From IMG/VR virus record IMGVR_UViG_3300044627_003120: DNA of 56,225 bases; one strand, written 5' to 3'. The stretch comes from an uncultured virus (IMG/VR IMGVR_UViG_3300044627_003120) (lineage: Duplodnaviria > Heunggongvirae > Uroviricota > Caudoviricetes). The position numbers were made by a program, and so were the translations under genes. The notes beneath the pieces were generated by a model that searched no databases, had not been told where the DNA came from, and saw nothing but the letters and a program-made list of their open reading frames with translations. Shown here one piece after another: positions 30,433-39,920 of this stretch. The number at the start of each line of letters is the position of its first letter. The stretch's first letter is position 1.

Positions 30433-31080
30433 ATGGCAGCAAAAGGATCAGTAGAAGCAATCATTGAGGTTGCAAAGAAAGAAGTGGGCACAATTGAAGG
30501 CCCAAAGGATAACGAAACAAAGTACGGTGCATGGATTAAGGTAAACTTCCAACCATGGTGCCAATCGTTTGTTTCTTGGTCAGCATTTACTGCGGGGGTA
30601 AAGTCATTCCCTAAGTCTGCATCAACAGTAGCAGCAGCAGACTGGTTTAAGAAGGCTGAGCGTTGGTCAGATGCTCGTAATGATGATCCAACTCCAGGAG
30701 ACTGGATCTATTTTGATTTCCCAGAAGATGGTGTAAATCGCATTTCACATGTTGGTCTTTGCATTAAGAATAATGGTGATGGAACTATTCAAGTTATTGA
30801 AGGAAACACTTCAGGAACTGCAAAGGGAGATCAGCGCAACGGCGGAATGTGCGTAGAGAAGACTCGTGCATATGTAAAGAACAACAAGAAGAAGTTGGTT
30901 AACGCTGTTGTTGGTTGGGGCCGTCCAGTTTACACTGGTGAAGAGAATGCTCCACTATTAAATAAGATTGTTACATCTGCAACCTCTGCAGCACCAGTTA
31001 AGAAGGCAGAACCAAAGGAAATTAAGCCTACTGCAAAGAAGTCATCTGGTGGCGGAGGAAAGGGTCCAGTGGCTCTATAA
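30433..31080 (+). CDS. CHAP-domain endolysin/amidase
   Basis: PWCQSFVSW, PGD, HVG and IEGNT. RBS AAGGAGG. Confidence 0.88.
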   Translation: MAAKGSVEAIIEVAKKEVGTIEGPKDNETKYGAWIKVNFQPWCQSFVSWSAFTAGVKSFPKSASTVAAADWFKKAERWSDARNDDPTPGDWIYFDFPEDGVNRISHVGLCIKNNGDGTIQVIEGNTSGTAKGDQRNGGMCVEKTRAYVKNNKKKLVNAVVGWGRPVYTGEENAPLLNKIVTSATSAAPVKKAEPKEIKPTAKKSSGGGGKGPVAL

Positions 31081-31298
31081 TGGAATCTAAAAAGAAATCA
31101 CTACTAAAAACAATCAGTTGGCCATTTGTACATTTTACTTTTGTTGCTGGAATTTTATTTGCAGCAAGCCATATAATTTATGGTGAGGCTGAATGGGAGT
31201 ATGTTGGACTATATGCACTTTCATACATGGCATTAGAAATGACATTCTATTACCTACATGAGAGAGTCTGGGCAAAGTTTGGACACAAGGTAAAATAA
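31080..31298 (+). CDS. DUF2061 membrane protein
   Basis: SLLKTISW...YYLHERVW. Confidence 0.8.
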   Translation: MESKKKSLLKTISWPFVHFTFVAGILFAASHIIYGEAEWEYVGLYALSYMALEMTFYYLHERVWAKFGHKVK

Positions 31299-31409
31299 TG
31301 CGTATTAAAATTATTAAGTTTGTTGTAAAGGCTTTAGGCTATGAATGGTCTGGAGATGAACTAAAACTGCCTGTTTGGTATATAAAAGAAAAGAAAAAGA
31401 AATAACATA

Positions 31410-31595
31410 ATGGCATTATACGAATACGATTGTATGCCTTGCGGTCAAAGGTATACAAAAGAAAGATCAATTAAAGAAGACGATCCAGGGTACGATTGCG
31501 AAACTTGCAATCTGCCTCTGGTTCGTGTATACTCTAATATAGGAGCAGTATTCAACGGTAGTGGATTTTATTCCACTGATAACAGAAAGCGGTAG
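31410..31595 (+). CDS. FmdB-family zinc-ribbon protein
   Basis: YEYDC..C...C..C..RVYS....FNGSGFYSTD. Confidence 0.85.
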   Translation: MALYEYDCMPCGQRYTKERSIKEDDPGYDCETCNLPLVRVYSNIGAVFNGSGFYSTDNRKR

Positions 31596-31608
31596 TATAA
31601 TGTTTACA

Positions 31609-31827
31609 ATGGTTAAAGATGAAGTAAGGCAAGAGTGGCAACTATCTCCAGCAGATCGATGCGATAGGTGCAACGCTGAGGCTTTGGTAAAGGTCTCTGG
31701 TATTAGCGGATACCTGCTATTTTGTGGTCACCATTACAACAACATCATGAACAACAAAGATGGGTACAAGAAGATGATGTCCTTTGCTTTGACGGTACTT
31801 GATGAGCGACAAAAACTAGTTAGTTAA
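31609..31827 (+). CDS. Small Cys/His protein
   Basis: DRCDRC...LLFCGHH. TATAAT-7nt-ATG. Confidence 0.65.
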   Translation: MVKDEVRQEWQLSPADRCDRCNAEALVKVSGISGYLLFCGHHYNNIMNNKDGYKKMMSFALTVLDERQKLVS

Positions 31828-31833
31828 ACTAGT

Positions 31834-32418
31834 ATGCTTATAAAAGAAAAGCAATATTCTCACGTTTTGTTTGTTCACATCCCAAAGACTGCTGGCTCGT
31901 CCATCTCTAAGGTGCTGAACGATAATAATTTAGATAACTGGAATAGGGCATGGCCAAGACACCATGACCCTTATTCCTATCTAAAGGAAGCAAACAAAAT
32001 TGATGAGAGTGTTTTTTCTTTTTCTGTTGTAAGAAATCCATACACAAGGACTTATAGTTGTTATAAGCAATTTAATAAGGTTAACAAGACAGATATATCT
32101 TTTGTAAAATATTTAGACAATATTAGGCAAAACAATATATCTCCGATAAGCCCACTATTGCATCTTCCACAATCATTTTATATTATTGATAATGGCAGCC
32201 TACAGGTTAATAGATTATATAGGTTTGAAAACTTAAAAGAGTTAGAGAATGAACTTGGGTGGACACTTGGGTTTTATAATTTAGGAAACTATGTGGTAGA
32301 ATCATATATGGAAGACTACACAGAAAAAGCAATAGATATGACTCAGGAACTATACAGTTCTGATTTCATAAACTTTGAATATTCTAAAGATTTTAGTAAA
32401 ACCCTGGAGAAAAAATGA
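31834..32418 (+). CDS. Sulfotransferase (Sulfotransfer_2-like)
   Basis: 5'-PSB motif HIPKTAGSS, 3'-PB motif VRNPYTR..S.Y, and RFENL. Confidence 0.82.
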   Translation: MLIKEKQYSHVLFVHIPKTAGSSISKVLNDNNLDNWNRAWPRHHDPYSYLKEANKIDESVFSFSVVRNPYTRTYSCYKQFNKVNKTDISFVKYLDNIRQNNISPISPLLHLPQSFYIIDNGSLQVNRLYRFENLKELENELGWTLGFYNLGNYVVESYMEDYTEKAIDMTQELYSSDFINFEYSKDFSKTLEKK

Positions 32419-32978
32419 GAAAAACATTGGAAGACTTTAATTTTAAGCATCATGGAAAATATGATGTTGAGCCAATCAAAAATTACATAGATAGTTTTTC
32501 TAAAGAATGGTTTCTTAACACATCAAGGCAAGATAAGCACTATGTTCATAAAGATACAAACTCATATTTTGTTTATACTGCAGACCTTCGTTGGAAAGAG
32601 GGTAGTGAGTTTGCCACTGAGACTACATCCAACGACAAGAATTTGCTTGAACTGCTTGAGCCAATAGTGTCAGACCTTGAAAAAACACAAGACGGAGTTA
32701 GAGGTATGGTACTTTTGATTAAGTTAAAGGCAGGTCAGGACATAGCACCACACCATGACTCAGGAGATTATCTTATGCTTTCAAAAAGAAATCACATACC
32801 AATTGTGACTTCTGATGATGTATTTTTTGGCGTAGGTGATGAACAAGTTAAGATGGGTACTGGGGAATGCTGGGAAATCAATAACTCAAGAACTCATTTT
32901 GTAAAGAATGGTAGTAAAATAGATAGAGTGCATTTATTGATTGATATTATGCCAAACATAGAAATAGGGAAAAAATGA
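32415..32978 (+). CDS. Aspartyl/asparaginyl beta-hydroxylase-like 2OG-Fe(II) oxygenase
   Basis: I.PHHD, HIPI, GECWEINN...H.V.N...DRVHLLID. Confidence 0.85.
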   Translation: MRKTLEDFNFKHHGKYDVEPIKNYIDSFSKEWFLNTSRQDKHYVHKDTNSYFVYTADLRWKEGSEFATETTSNDKNLLELLEPIVSDLEKTQDGVRGMVLLIKLKAGQDIAPHHDSGDYLMLSKRNHIPIVTSDDVFFGVGDEQVKMGTGECWEINNSRTHFVKNGSKIDRVHLLIDIMPNIEIGKK

Positions 32979-33736
32979 TTATTCAAATTATTGGACTACC
33001 AGGTTCTGGTAAAACAGAATTAGCAAAGGCACTTAAAGAACGCATTAATGCTATTCATCTTAATGCAGATGAGGTTCGTGCAACAGTCAACTCAGACTTG
33101 GGGTTTGCACCAGAGGACAGACTTGAGCAGGCTCGTCGTATGGGAGAGATGGCAAGGCTTATTGCTAAGCAAGGCGTTGCTTCAGTAATTGTTGACTTTG
33201 TATGCCCAACAGATCTAACTCGTGCAGCATTTGGCAAGCCAGACATTTTAGTATTCATGGACACTATTGCTGAGGGTAGATTCGAAGACACAAACAAAAT
33301 GTTTGAACGACCAACCAATGCAGATGTATCTTTTATTAGTCACAACTTAGATGCAGAAGCAAAGGCATCTCACATCATCGATAAGTTTAGTCTTCATGAT
33401 TGGTCTGCACCTACAACACTTATGCTGGGTAGGTACCAGCCCTGGCACGAGGGCCACCACGCCCTTTATAAAGAGGCAGGGAAGAGAACAGACCAAGTAC
33501 TGCTTGGAGTCCGTAATACCTACAATACAAGCGATAAGGATCCTCTTAAGTTTGATCAGGTAAAGGAATATATTGCCAAGGACGACTTTATGGATGGTGC
33601 ATTGGTATTAAGACTACCAAACATTACCAACATTGTATATGGTCGTGATGTAGGATACAAGATTGAGCAAGTGGATTTGGGGGCAGACATTCATGCTATA
33701 TCGGCTACTGAAAAACGCAAGCAGTTGGGTCTTTAA
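32975..33736 (+). CDS. Adenylyl-sulfate kinase-like domain fused to a HIGH-family nucleotidyltransferase
   Basis: GLPGSGKT, LNADEVR and DRLEQARR (CysC-like), then GRYQPWHEGH and ISAT. Confidence 0.8.
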   Translation: MIIQIIGLPGSGKTELAKALKERINAIHLNADEVRATVNSDLGFAPEDRLEQARRMGEMARLIAKQGVASVIVDFVCPTDLTRAAFGKPDILVFMDTIAEGRFEDTNKMFERPTNADVSFISHNLDAEAKASHIIDKFSLHDWSAPTTLMLGRYQPWHEGHHALYKEAGKRTDQVLLGVRNTYNTSDKDPLKFDQVKEYIAKDDFMDGALVLRLPNITNIVYGRDVGYKIEQVDLGADIHAISATEKRKQLGL

Positions 33737-33801
33737 TTATTTAGAAGAGTCTGGTCGCTTAATGAACGAAGCAGAAGAGCGAATAATGTTTGGAGACAAA
33801 G

Positions 33802-34005
33802 ATGAGCGTAAAGAAAAGTAGATCACTTGTTAAGTCTTTAACATGGAGAGTTGTCGCAATGGTTTCAGGGTTTGTGACTCTTTATGCTTTGAGCGAAGAT
33901 ATTAGTCTGGCTACTATTGCTACACTAATAACCAATGGGGTTAACTTTGTGGCATACTATTATCATGAAAGAATTTGGAATGCTGTTAGGTGGGGCAAGG
34001 AATGA
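33802..34005 (+). CDS. DUF2061 membrane protein
   Basis: RSLVKSLTWR...YYYHERIW. Confidence 0.8.
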   Translation: MSVKKSRSLVKSLTWRVVAMVSGFVTLYALSEDISLATIATLITNGVNFVAYYYHERIWNAVRWGKE

Positions 34006-34205
34006 CAGTAACCAAGGCAAGGTCATTTGTTAAGGCACTTAGTTATCGCATATGGGGAACGCTTTCCTCTGTTGCTGTTGCCTATGTCATTACAAAAAAC
34101 GCTTCTCTCTCTGTGACGATTGCATTTTGGGAAACGGTAGTTAAAGTATTTATCTACTACGCACATGAGCGTGGATGGAACTATATACAATGGGGAAGAA
34201 AGTAA
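34002..34205 (+). CDS. DUF2061 membrane protein
   Basis: RSFVKALSYR...YYAHERGW..I.WG. Confidence 0.8.
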   Translation: MTVTKARSFVKALSYRIWGTLSSVAVAYVITKNASLSVTIAFWETVVKVFIYYAHERGWNYIQWGRK

Positions 34206-35728
34206 TGACAAAGAATATAGTTGTTGTTGGTGGAGGAAGTGCTGGATGGCTTACGGCGTTGACCGCAAAAAAGAAGTATCCAAAACTAAATGTTATTGTA
34301 ATAGAGTCAAAAGATATTGGTATCTTGGGTGCAGGAGAAGGCTCCACACCATACTTACCTGCATTTTTAGAAACCTTAGATATAACTTTTGAAGACTTAG
34401 TAAAAAATTGTGATGCAACAATAAAAAATGGAATTAAATTTACAAATTGGAATAACGAAAATGACTTTTATTATCATGGTTTTGCATTTACGGACAATGC
34501 TCTTGGAACAGAGGCACTTTCTTCTCGGTTCTTGTCTGCAAGCCCAATGATGGTCTCAAGCATTGTATTAAATAATAATGTAAGGGATATAGACTTTACA
34601 GAAATAGTTTCAGAAAAAAATAAAGTTCCTTTTGTTCTTGAAAAAAATAAAGATGGGAATACTCTTTCAGATTATAAAAAGATAGGCTATACATCTTTTC
34701 ATTTTAATGCTACAAAACTTGCAGCAAGATTTAAAGAGATAGGTCTTGAAAGAGGTATTGAAGTATTTGAGGACACAATAACTAATGTTCATTTAGATAA
34801 AGACAATAATGTAATCAGTTTGGACTTAGATGGTGGATCAAATATTCTGTGCGACTTTGTGTTTGATTGTAGTGGATTTCATAGGCTAATTATTGGAAAA
34901 ACCTTTAACTCTAAATGGAAAAGTTATAAAGAATTTTTGCCAACAGATTCTGCAATTCCATTTTTCTTGGATATGACAGAAGAAATTCCACCATATACAG
35001 AAGCAATTGCAATGAAATATGGATGGATGTGGAAGATTCCTCTACAGACAAGGTTTGGTTGTGGCTATGTCTATGACTCGTCTCTGATATCAGAAGAAGA
35101 AGCAATTAAAGAGATTGAAGATTTCTTAGGCTTTGTTCCTCACTATCCAAGAAAAGATAAGGGTGGTTTTAAATTTAGCCCAGGAGCATTTGAGGAGCCA
35201 TGGCAAAACAACTGTGTAGCAGTTGGCTTGGCAGCAAACTTTGTAGAGCCACTTGAGGCGACTTCTTTGTGGGTAAGTATGGTTGAATTGACTGAGATAT
35301 TTGGTAGTCCAGACTTTCTAACCAATAATTCTCCTGAAATAAGAGCAGAGTTTAATAAGATTATTGTAAATATGAATGATGATGTTCTAGACCTTATATA
35401 TTTTCATTACATGGCCCTACGCAAAGATACAAAATTCTGGAACAAATTTTCATATGAAAATGCACCAGAAAAAATAAAGAAAAAGTTAGACGCTTGGCAA
35501 AAAAGAATGCCAAGTTCACGAGATAACGGAAACCATTGGCACTCTAAGAGTTGGTTTTTGATTGGTTCAGCACAAGAAAAAATTAATAAAAATCTTGCAA
35601 AAGAATATGTAGAACTTTCTGATGAGTATAAAAAAGCAGTAGAAAACTATGAATATCACAGCAAGTACAGACAGTACAAAGTTTCAGAATGTACAAATCA
35701 TAGGCAATTTTTGGAGGGACTAAAATGA
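34205..35728 (+). CDS. Tryptophan-halogenase-family flavoprotein
   Basis: GGGSAGW, GAGEGS, ATIKNGIKF (Lys equivalent to the PrnA catalytic Lys), WMWKIP and FVEPLEAT. Confidence 0.88.
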   Translation: MTKNIVVVGGGSAGWLTALTAKKKYPKLNVIVIESKDIGILGAGEGSTPYLPAFLETLDITFEDLVKNCDATIKNGIKFTNWNNENDFYYHGFAFTDNALGTEALSSRFLSASPMMVSSIVLNNNVRDIDFTEIVSEKNKVPFVLEKNKDGNTLSDYKKIGYTSFHFNATKLAARFKEIGLERGIEVFEDTITNVHLDKDNNVISLDLDGGSNILCDFVFDCSGFHRLIIGKTFNSKWKSYKEFLPTDSAIPFFLDMTEEIPPYTEAIAMKYGWMWKIPLQTRFGCGYVYDSSLISEEEAIKEIEDFLGFVPHYPRKDKGGFKFSPGAFEEPWQNNCVAVGLAANFVEPLEATSLWVSMVELTEIFGSPDFLTNNSPEIRAEFNKIIVNMNDDVLDLIYFHYMALRKDTKFWNKFSYENAPEKIKKKLDAWQKRMPSSRDNGNHWHSKSWFLIGSAQEKINKNLAKEYVELSDEYKKAVENYEYHSKYRQYKVSECTNHRQFLEGLK

Positions 35729-36009
35729 AATTTAGAACAGAGTGGATTAATGCTCTAAAGACAATGAAGCATAAGTCTTATTGGAACCTACCAAATACGG
35801 TAGAGTTCTTTGCCTTTATGACCAAGGCAGCAATTATTATTCCAGGTCTTATTTTTGGTGTACAGTTTTGGTGGCTATACATCTTTGCATTAATAACCAG
35901 TTTATCTTTAATTTGGTCATCAACAGTAAAAACATTACCAACAATTATTTGGTTTAATATAATCTGGTCAATTCTTGCAGCAACTGCTATAATTAAGTAT
36001 TGGGTCTAA
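35725..36009 (+). CDS. Small membrane protein
   Basis: Hydrophobic, ATGA-coupled. Confidence 0.6.
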   Translation: MKFRTEWINALKTMKHKSYWNLPNTVEFFAFMTKAAIIIPGLIFGVQFWWLYIFALITSLSLIWSSTVKTLPTIIWFNIIWSILAATAIIKYWV

Positions 36010-36019
36010 GGGGGCACAA

Positions 36020-36427
36020 ATGTTTGAATATTATGTAAAGAAAGTAACAAAAGTCGTTGATGGAGATACCATTGATGTCGATATTGATTTAGGGTTTGAT
36101 ATTTCTTTTAGTTCAAGGGTAAGACTGGCTGGTATTGATACACCTGAGTCTCGTACTACAGACAAGGCTGAAAAGGCTTTAGGACTGGAAGCAAAGGCTT
36201 ATTTGAAGGCTGCTATTGACAGTGCTAAGTCTGTAGTGATCAAGACAGAGAAGATGGACTCATCAGAAAAGTATGGTCGCATCCTTGGTTGGGTCTACCT
36301 TGATGGAGATACCGTCTCAATTAATGACAAGATGATCAATGATGGCCATGCCTGGGGCTATATGGGAGAGACAAAGGTCAAAGATTTTGACGCTTTGAAG
36401 AAGGCAAGAGCAAAGTCAGGTAAGTAA
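36020..36427 (+). CDS. Thermonuclease (SNase-family)
   Basis: VVDGDT, RVRLAGIDTPE and KYGRILG. Confidence 0.9.
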   Translation: MFEYYVKKVTKVVDGDTIDVDIDLGFDISFSSRVRLAGIDTPESRTTDKAEKALGLEAKAYLKAAIDSAKSVVIKTEKMDSSEKYGRILGWVYLDGDTVSINDKMINDGHAWGYMGETKVKDFDALKKARAKSGK

Positions 36428-36428
36428 T

Positions 36429-36653
36429 ATGGGGCTTAAAGAACAAGCCATGCTTGAACACTTAATGCTTCAGGGTGCTGTTGAATTTCAGGGTATAGAT
36501 GAAGCAACTGGTGAGATGATGTATACAATTACTGATAAGATGAAAGAAGTCAGTCCAGATATATACGAAGAACTAAAAGATCAGTATGAGCACCACATGT
36601 TTCAACTAATTGAGCAGGGTCCTACAAGAATGACATGGAGAATTCGTCAATGA
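36429..36653 (+). CDS. Hypothetical protein (paralog of next gene)
   Basis: 'L.L.GA.E..GID..TGE..Y..T.K...SP' is shared with 36650-36988. Confidence 0.65.
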   Translation: MGLKEQAMLEHLMLQGAVEFQGIDEATGEMMYTITDKMKEVSPDIYEELKDQYEHHMFQLIEQGPTRMTWRIRQ

Positions 36654-36988
36654 ACTTTAAAGATGAAGATGATGCAATAGACCAATTAATCTTGGCTGGT
36701 GCCCTTGAAGTTTCTGGAATAGATATGGATACTGGTGAGCCTATATACAATTTTACAGAAAAGTTGATAGATATAAGCCCAGAACTACATAGGGAAGTAT
36801 CTCTATATTTTTCTCGTGAGACTATGTCTTTGTGGAGCCATGGATTTTTAGATATGGATGTTACTGAAAAAAATCCAATAGTTACATTGACTCCTAAAGC
36901 GCTGGATCAGGAAGCGGTTTCTAAACTAAGTAAAGAGTCTCAGGCTACATTGAAAGAGATAATCAGAGTTATTCTTTTAGATAAGTAG
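36650..36988 (+). CDS. Hypothetical protein
   Basis: Paralog of the previous ORF. Confidence 0.65.
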   Translation: MNFKDEDDAIDQLILAGALEVSGIDMDTGEPIYNFTEKLIDISPELHREVSLYFSRETMSLWSHGFLDMDVTEKNPIVTLTPKALDQEAVSKLSKESQATLKEIIRVILLDK

Positions 36989-37009
36989 TATAATTGTTTT
37001 GGAGACACT

Positions 37010-37432
37010 ATGGAATACTTTTTAGGATCTGCGCTAACCATTTTAGCCATGTTTATAACAACAAGGCTAATACTTCCACGCACCCTAAAAACCAAAGTAA
37101 ATAATATTAGATATAGCCAAAGCCATATACACACATTGGTTATGCCACTGCTTCCAGATCTTAAAACTTATAGAAAAAGGATGCCTACCCAGTCAAGCAA
37201 GCATGATGAAAAGGTAAACATAAGGGTTGTAATCCTTGATAACAAGGCTTATTTTGTTAAGGATGGAGGCTTTTATTGTGCTGATGTGGATGGAGATTCT
37301 ATAGACAAACAGAGTGCAACCGTAGTTGACACGATGGGTATGGATAAGGTACAATTAGATAAGATGCTATTTATAATGGATCAACTTAGAGATGGGAAGA
37401 AAAATGATAGTGGGGATTCAAGGAACCAGTAG
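37010..37432 (+). CDS. Membrane-anchored hypothetical protein
   Basis: N-terminal TM segment. RBS GGAG and upstream TATAAT. Confidence 0.6.
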   Translation: MEYFLGSALTILAMFITTRLILPRTLKTKVNNIRYSQSHIHTLVMPLLPDLKTYRKRMPTQSSKHDEKVNIRVVILDNKAYFVKDGGFYCADVDGDSIDKQSATVVDTMGMDKVQLDKMLFIMDQLRDGKKNDSGDSRNQ

Positions 37433-37754
37433 TTTTGATGACTACCAGGTTTTTCTTAGAGCCATGGCAGTTACAATGTCTTCTTTAAAAGAAGAAGATC
37501 CATATTTTTATATTTACTCTGCAGGACCTGCAAACATTAATTCTATGGCTATGGAGTTTGCAAACCTTTCAGAGCGAGGACTAAAGGCTCGTGGCAAAAG
37601 TATTAAGTATAAGGCTGTTGCCCCTTCATGGGTTGCAGAAAATATTTCAGATATAAACTACTTTGCTTTCTTAAGTAAAGAAAGAGAACAGGTCTCAAAA
37701 CTTGTTGATGAAGCAAAAAATAATAATGTCGAATATGGCATTTTCAGATACTAA
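37404..37754 (+). CDS. Hypothetical protein (SLOG/YspA-like N-terminus)
   Basis: 'MIVGIQGTSSFDDY'. Confidence 0.45.
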   Translation: MIVGIQGTSSFDDYQVFLRAMAVTMSSLKEEDPYFYIYSAGPANINSMAMEFANLSERGLKARGKSIKYKAVAPSWVAENISDINYFAFLSKEREQVSKLVDEAKNNNVEYGIFRY

Positions 37755-37767
37755 CAAAGGAATAAAG

Positions 37768-37977
37768 ATGCAAATTAAATCATTAGAGCAAATGGAAAAG
37801 ATTGTTAATGCAAACAAATCTTTGGTGTGGGATGGATGGACAGTGGTAAATACTTATCCTTCTGAGAAGGGTAGAACAGCACCACAGGGTGCATTCGTAG
37901 ATGGCAAGTGGCACCTACAGCGTCGTTTTGTACCTTCTAAGAATGGATGGGACATACCAGACAAGTTTGTAGGTTAG
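37768..37977 (+). CDS. Hypothetical protein
   Basis: RBS AAGGA. Trp-rich 69 aa ORF. Confidence 0.6.
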   Translation: MQIKSLEQMEKIVNANKSLVWDGWTVVNTYPSEKGRTAPQGAFVDGKWHLQRRFVPSKNGWDIPDKFVG

Positions 37978-37978
37978 C

Positions 37979-38263
37979 ATGCCTAAACATGAATGGAAAG
38001 ACAATGCTTTATGTTTAGATTACGATACAAATTTATTCTTTGAAAAGTATGAAGATGATGAGTTGCTTAGACCAGCAATAGATAAACTATGCTCTATGTG
38101 TCCAGTATCAAAGATGTGTTTTGCCGTTGGAGTTTCACAAAAAGAATGGGGAGTTTGGGGAGGAGTTTACCTTGAAGGTGGGCAAATTTCTAAAGAGTTT
38201 TCTAAGCATAAGTCTAAATCAGACTGGGCAAACACATGGCAAAGACTAACAACGGAGCAATAA
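37979..38263 (+). CDS. whiB: WhiB-family Fe-S transcription regulator
   Basis: W...ALC, FF, C..CPV...C and GVWGG. Confidence 0.93.
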   Translation: MPKHEWKDNALCLDYDTNLFFEKYEDDELLRPAIDKLCSMCPVSKMCFAVGVSQKEWGVWGGVYLEGGQISKEFSKHKSKSDWANTWQRLTTEQ

Positions 38264-38264
38264 A

Positions 38265-38501
38265 ATGTATACAGATTCAATGAGAATGGCTTTTCGTTCT
38301 ATCAAAGGTCCAAAGGGTTTTGAACTTCAGATAGTAGATCATGACAATTTTTTAACAGTTAAAGCAAGTGAAAAACAGTTTATGAGTCTTTCGGGAGAAG
38401 AAAGAAAAGAGGCTGTAGAGTATATGATTCGTACAAAAAAAGCACTTGAAGAAAATGGAGCAATTGTTTTGTTAGTTAGAGAGGGCGGTAAAGATCTATG
38501 A
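38265..38501 (+). CDS. Hypothetical protein
   Basis: RBS GGAG, coupled ORF. Confidence 0.6.
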   Translation: MYTDSMRMAFRSIKGPKGFELQIVDHDNFLTVKASEKQFMSLSGEERKEAVEYMIRTKKALEENGAIVLLVREGGKDL

Positions 38502-38923
38502 TTGAATTTATTTCTTTTGCATTTTTTATAATCTTATTTTTTGCTTTGATAGTAAACAATATTAGGTTTAATTTTAAGATTTCTGCTATATCTAAACAGT
38601 TGATTCAAGCACACATAGATAAAACAATCTTGGCTGAAAAACTATTTGAAGCATCAGCACGAAATTTGTTAAAAAAAGAAAATGACTCAGATGCTTTTTT
38701 AAAATTTGTTTCAGATTCTAGAGATTGGGCTTATCAGTATATAGAAGGTTTCCAGTCATCACTAAATAAGTTTATTACTGATATAGAACCAGAGATAGCA
38801 TATTTTGATGAGTATGGAGAGGTTGGATCTGCTTATCCTCATTACCACTCAATGAAGAAAATTTCGGTGGCATACAAAGAACTAAAGAAACTACTACCAG
38901 AAGACTATGATAAAATAGAGTAA
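38498..38923 (+). CDS. Membrane-anchored hypothetical protein
   Basis: N-terminal TM segment. 'FLKFVSDSRDWAYQYIE'. Confidence 0.6.
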   Translation: MIEFISFAFFIILFFALIVNNIRFNFKISAISKQLIQAHIDKTILAEKLFEASARNLLKKENDSDAFLKFVSDSRDWAYQYIEGFQSSLNKFITDIEPEIAYFDEYGEVGSAYPHYHSMKKISVAYKELKKLLPEDYDKIE

Positions 38924-39065
38924 TGATAGTCCTTAAATCAACTAAAAATCTTAGCATGTTCATATGCGAAGAGGAGTTGTGCCAGGATGAGGGAACACAG
39001 ATTTGGGCAAGTTCTGAAAGCAGAATTGTAGAACTGTGTGATCTACACTATAGTCAGGCGACAAA

Positions 39066-39920
39066 ATGAAATTTTATTATTTTGGTGGAGTAATTGGAGA
39101 AGAAGGATCTGTTAAGTCCCCAGCATATTTAGAAAAGCACCATTTTTCTGGAGTTATGTTCACACATGATATCCCTCAAGGAGATATATTTGTAAAGGCA
39201 GCATTAGATATAAAAGAAACTAAAAACATTAAATATTTAATTGCCATAAGACCATACACAATATCTCCTCAATACCTTTATATGATTAATGATTCTTTAA
39301 ATAAGATAGATAAAAATAGGATTCAACTAAACTTAATTACAGGATATACAAAAGATCATGAGAATAGTTTTAATGGAATTGTTGGAGAGGTAAACGATCA
39401 ATCAGACAAAGTTGCTAAAAGAAAATACATGACAGAGTTTCTAAATACACTAAATGAAATGCAGTCAGGAAAAAATCTTAGGTCCCCTTTAGATTTTTTT
39501 GTAACAACAACAAATCCAAGAGTTCTTGACACAGTAAATAAATATAACAATAAAATAATTCTTCCATACAGTTTATACAAAGATAATCTTTGGTTTAAAA
39601 AATATAATAAATCTTTAGATGTTTCAAGCAAACAAATAATGTTAGCAATTACACCAATTATTAGAGAGACTCAGGAAGAACTAGAATCTTTAAACAATTA
39701 TGCATTAAGACCTGTATGGCAAAAAGGAGAAATACCAAAAGTAGTTAATGATGTGGGATACTTTACTCATAAAAGTTTTCATGAATTTATTAAACAGTTG
39801 AAGAAAGATAACATAAACTATTTATTAATTAATGCTGTTCCTCAAGAAGAAAATAATGTAATAATACCTTTTATTAGGGACTATGTTCAGTCAGAAGAGT
39901 ATAGGGAAATAAACAAATAA
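39066..39920 (+). CDS. Luciferase-like monooxygenase (LLM/SsuD-like) paralog 1
   Basis: 'KYLIAIRPYTISP' and 'RIQLNLITG' resemble SsuD-type motifs. Confidence 0.6.
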   Translation: MKFYYFGGVIGEEGSVKSPAYLEKHHFSGVMFTHDIPQGDIFVKAALDIKETKNIKYLIAIRPYTISPQYLYMINDSLNKIDKNRIQLNLITGYTKDHENSFNGIVGEVNDQSDKVAKRKYMTEFLNTLNEMQSGKNLRSPLDFFVTTTNPRVLDTVNKYNNKIILPYSLYKDNLWFKKYNKSLDVSSKQIMLAITPIIRETQEELESLNNYALRPVWQKGEIPKVVNDVGYFTHKSFHEFIKQLKKDNINYLLINAVPQEENNVIIPFIRDYVQSEEYREINK

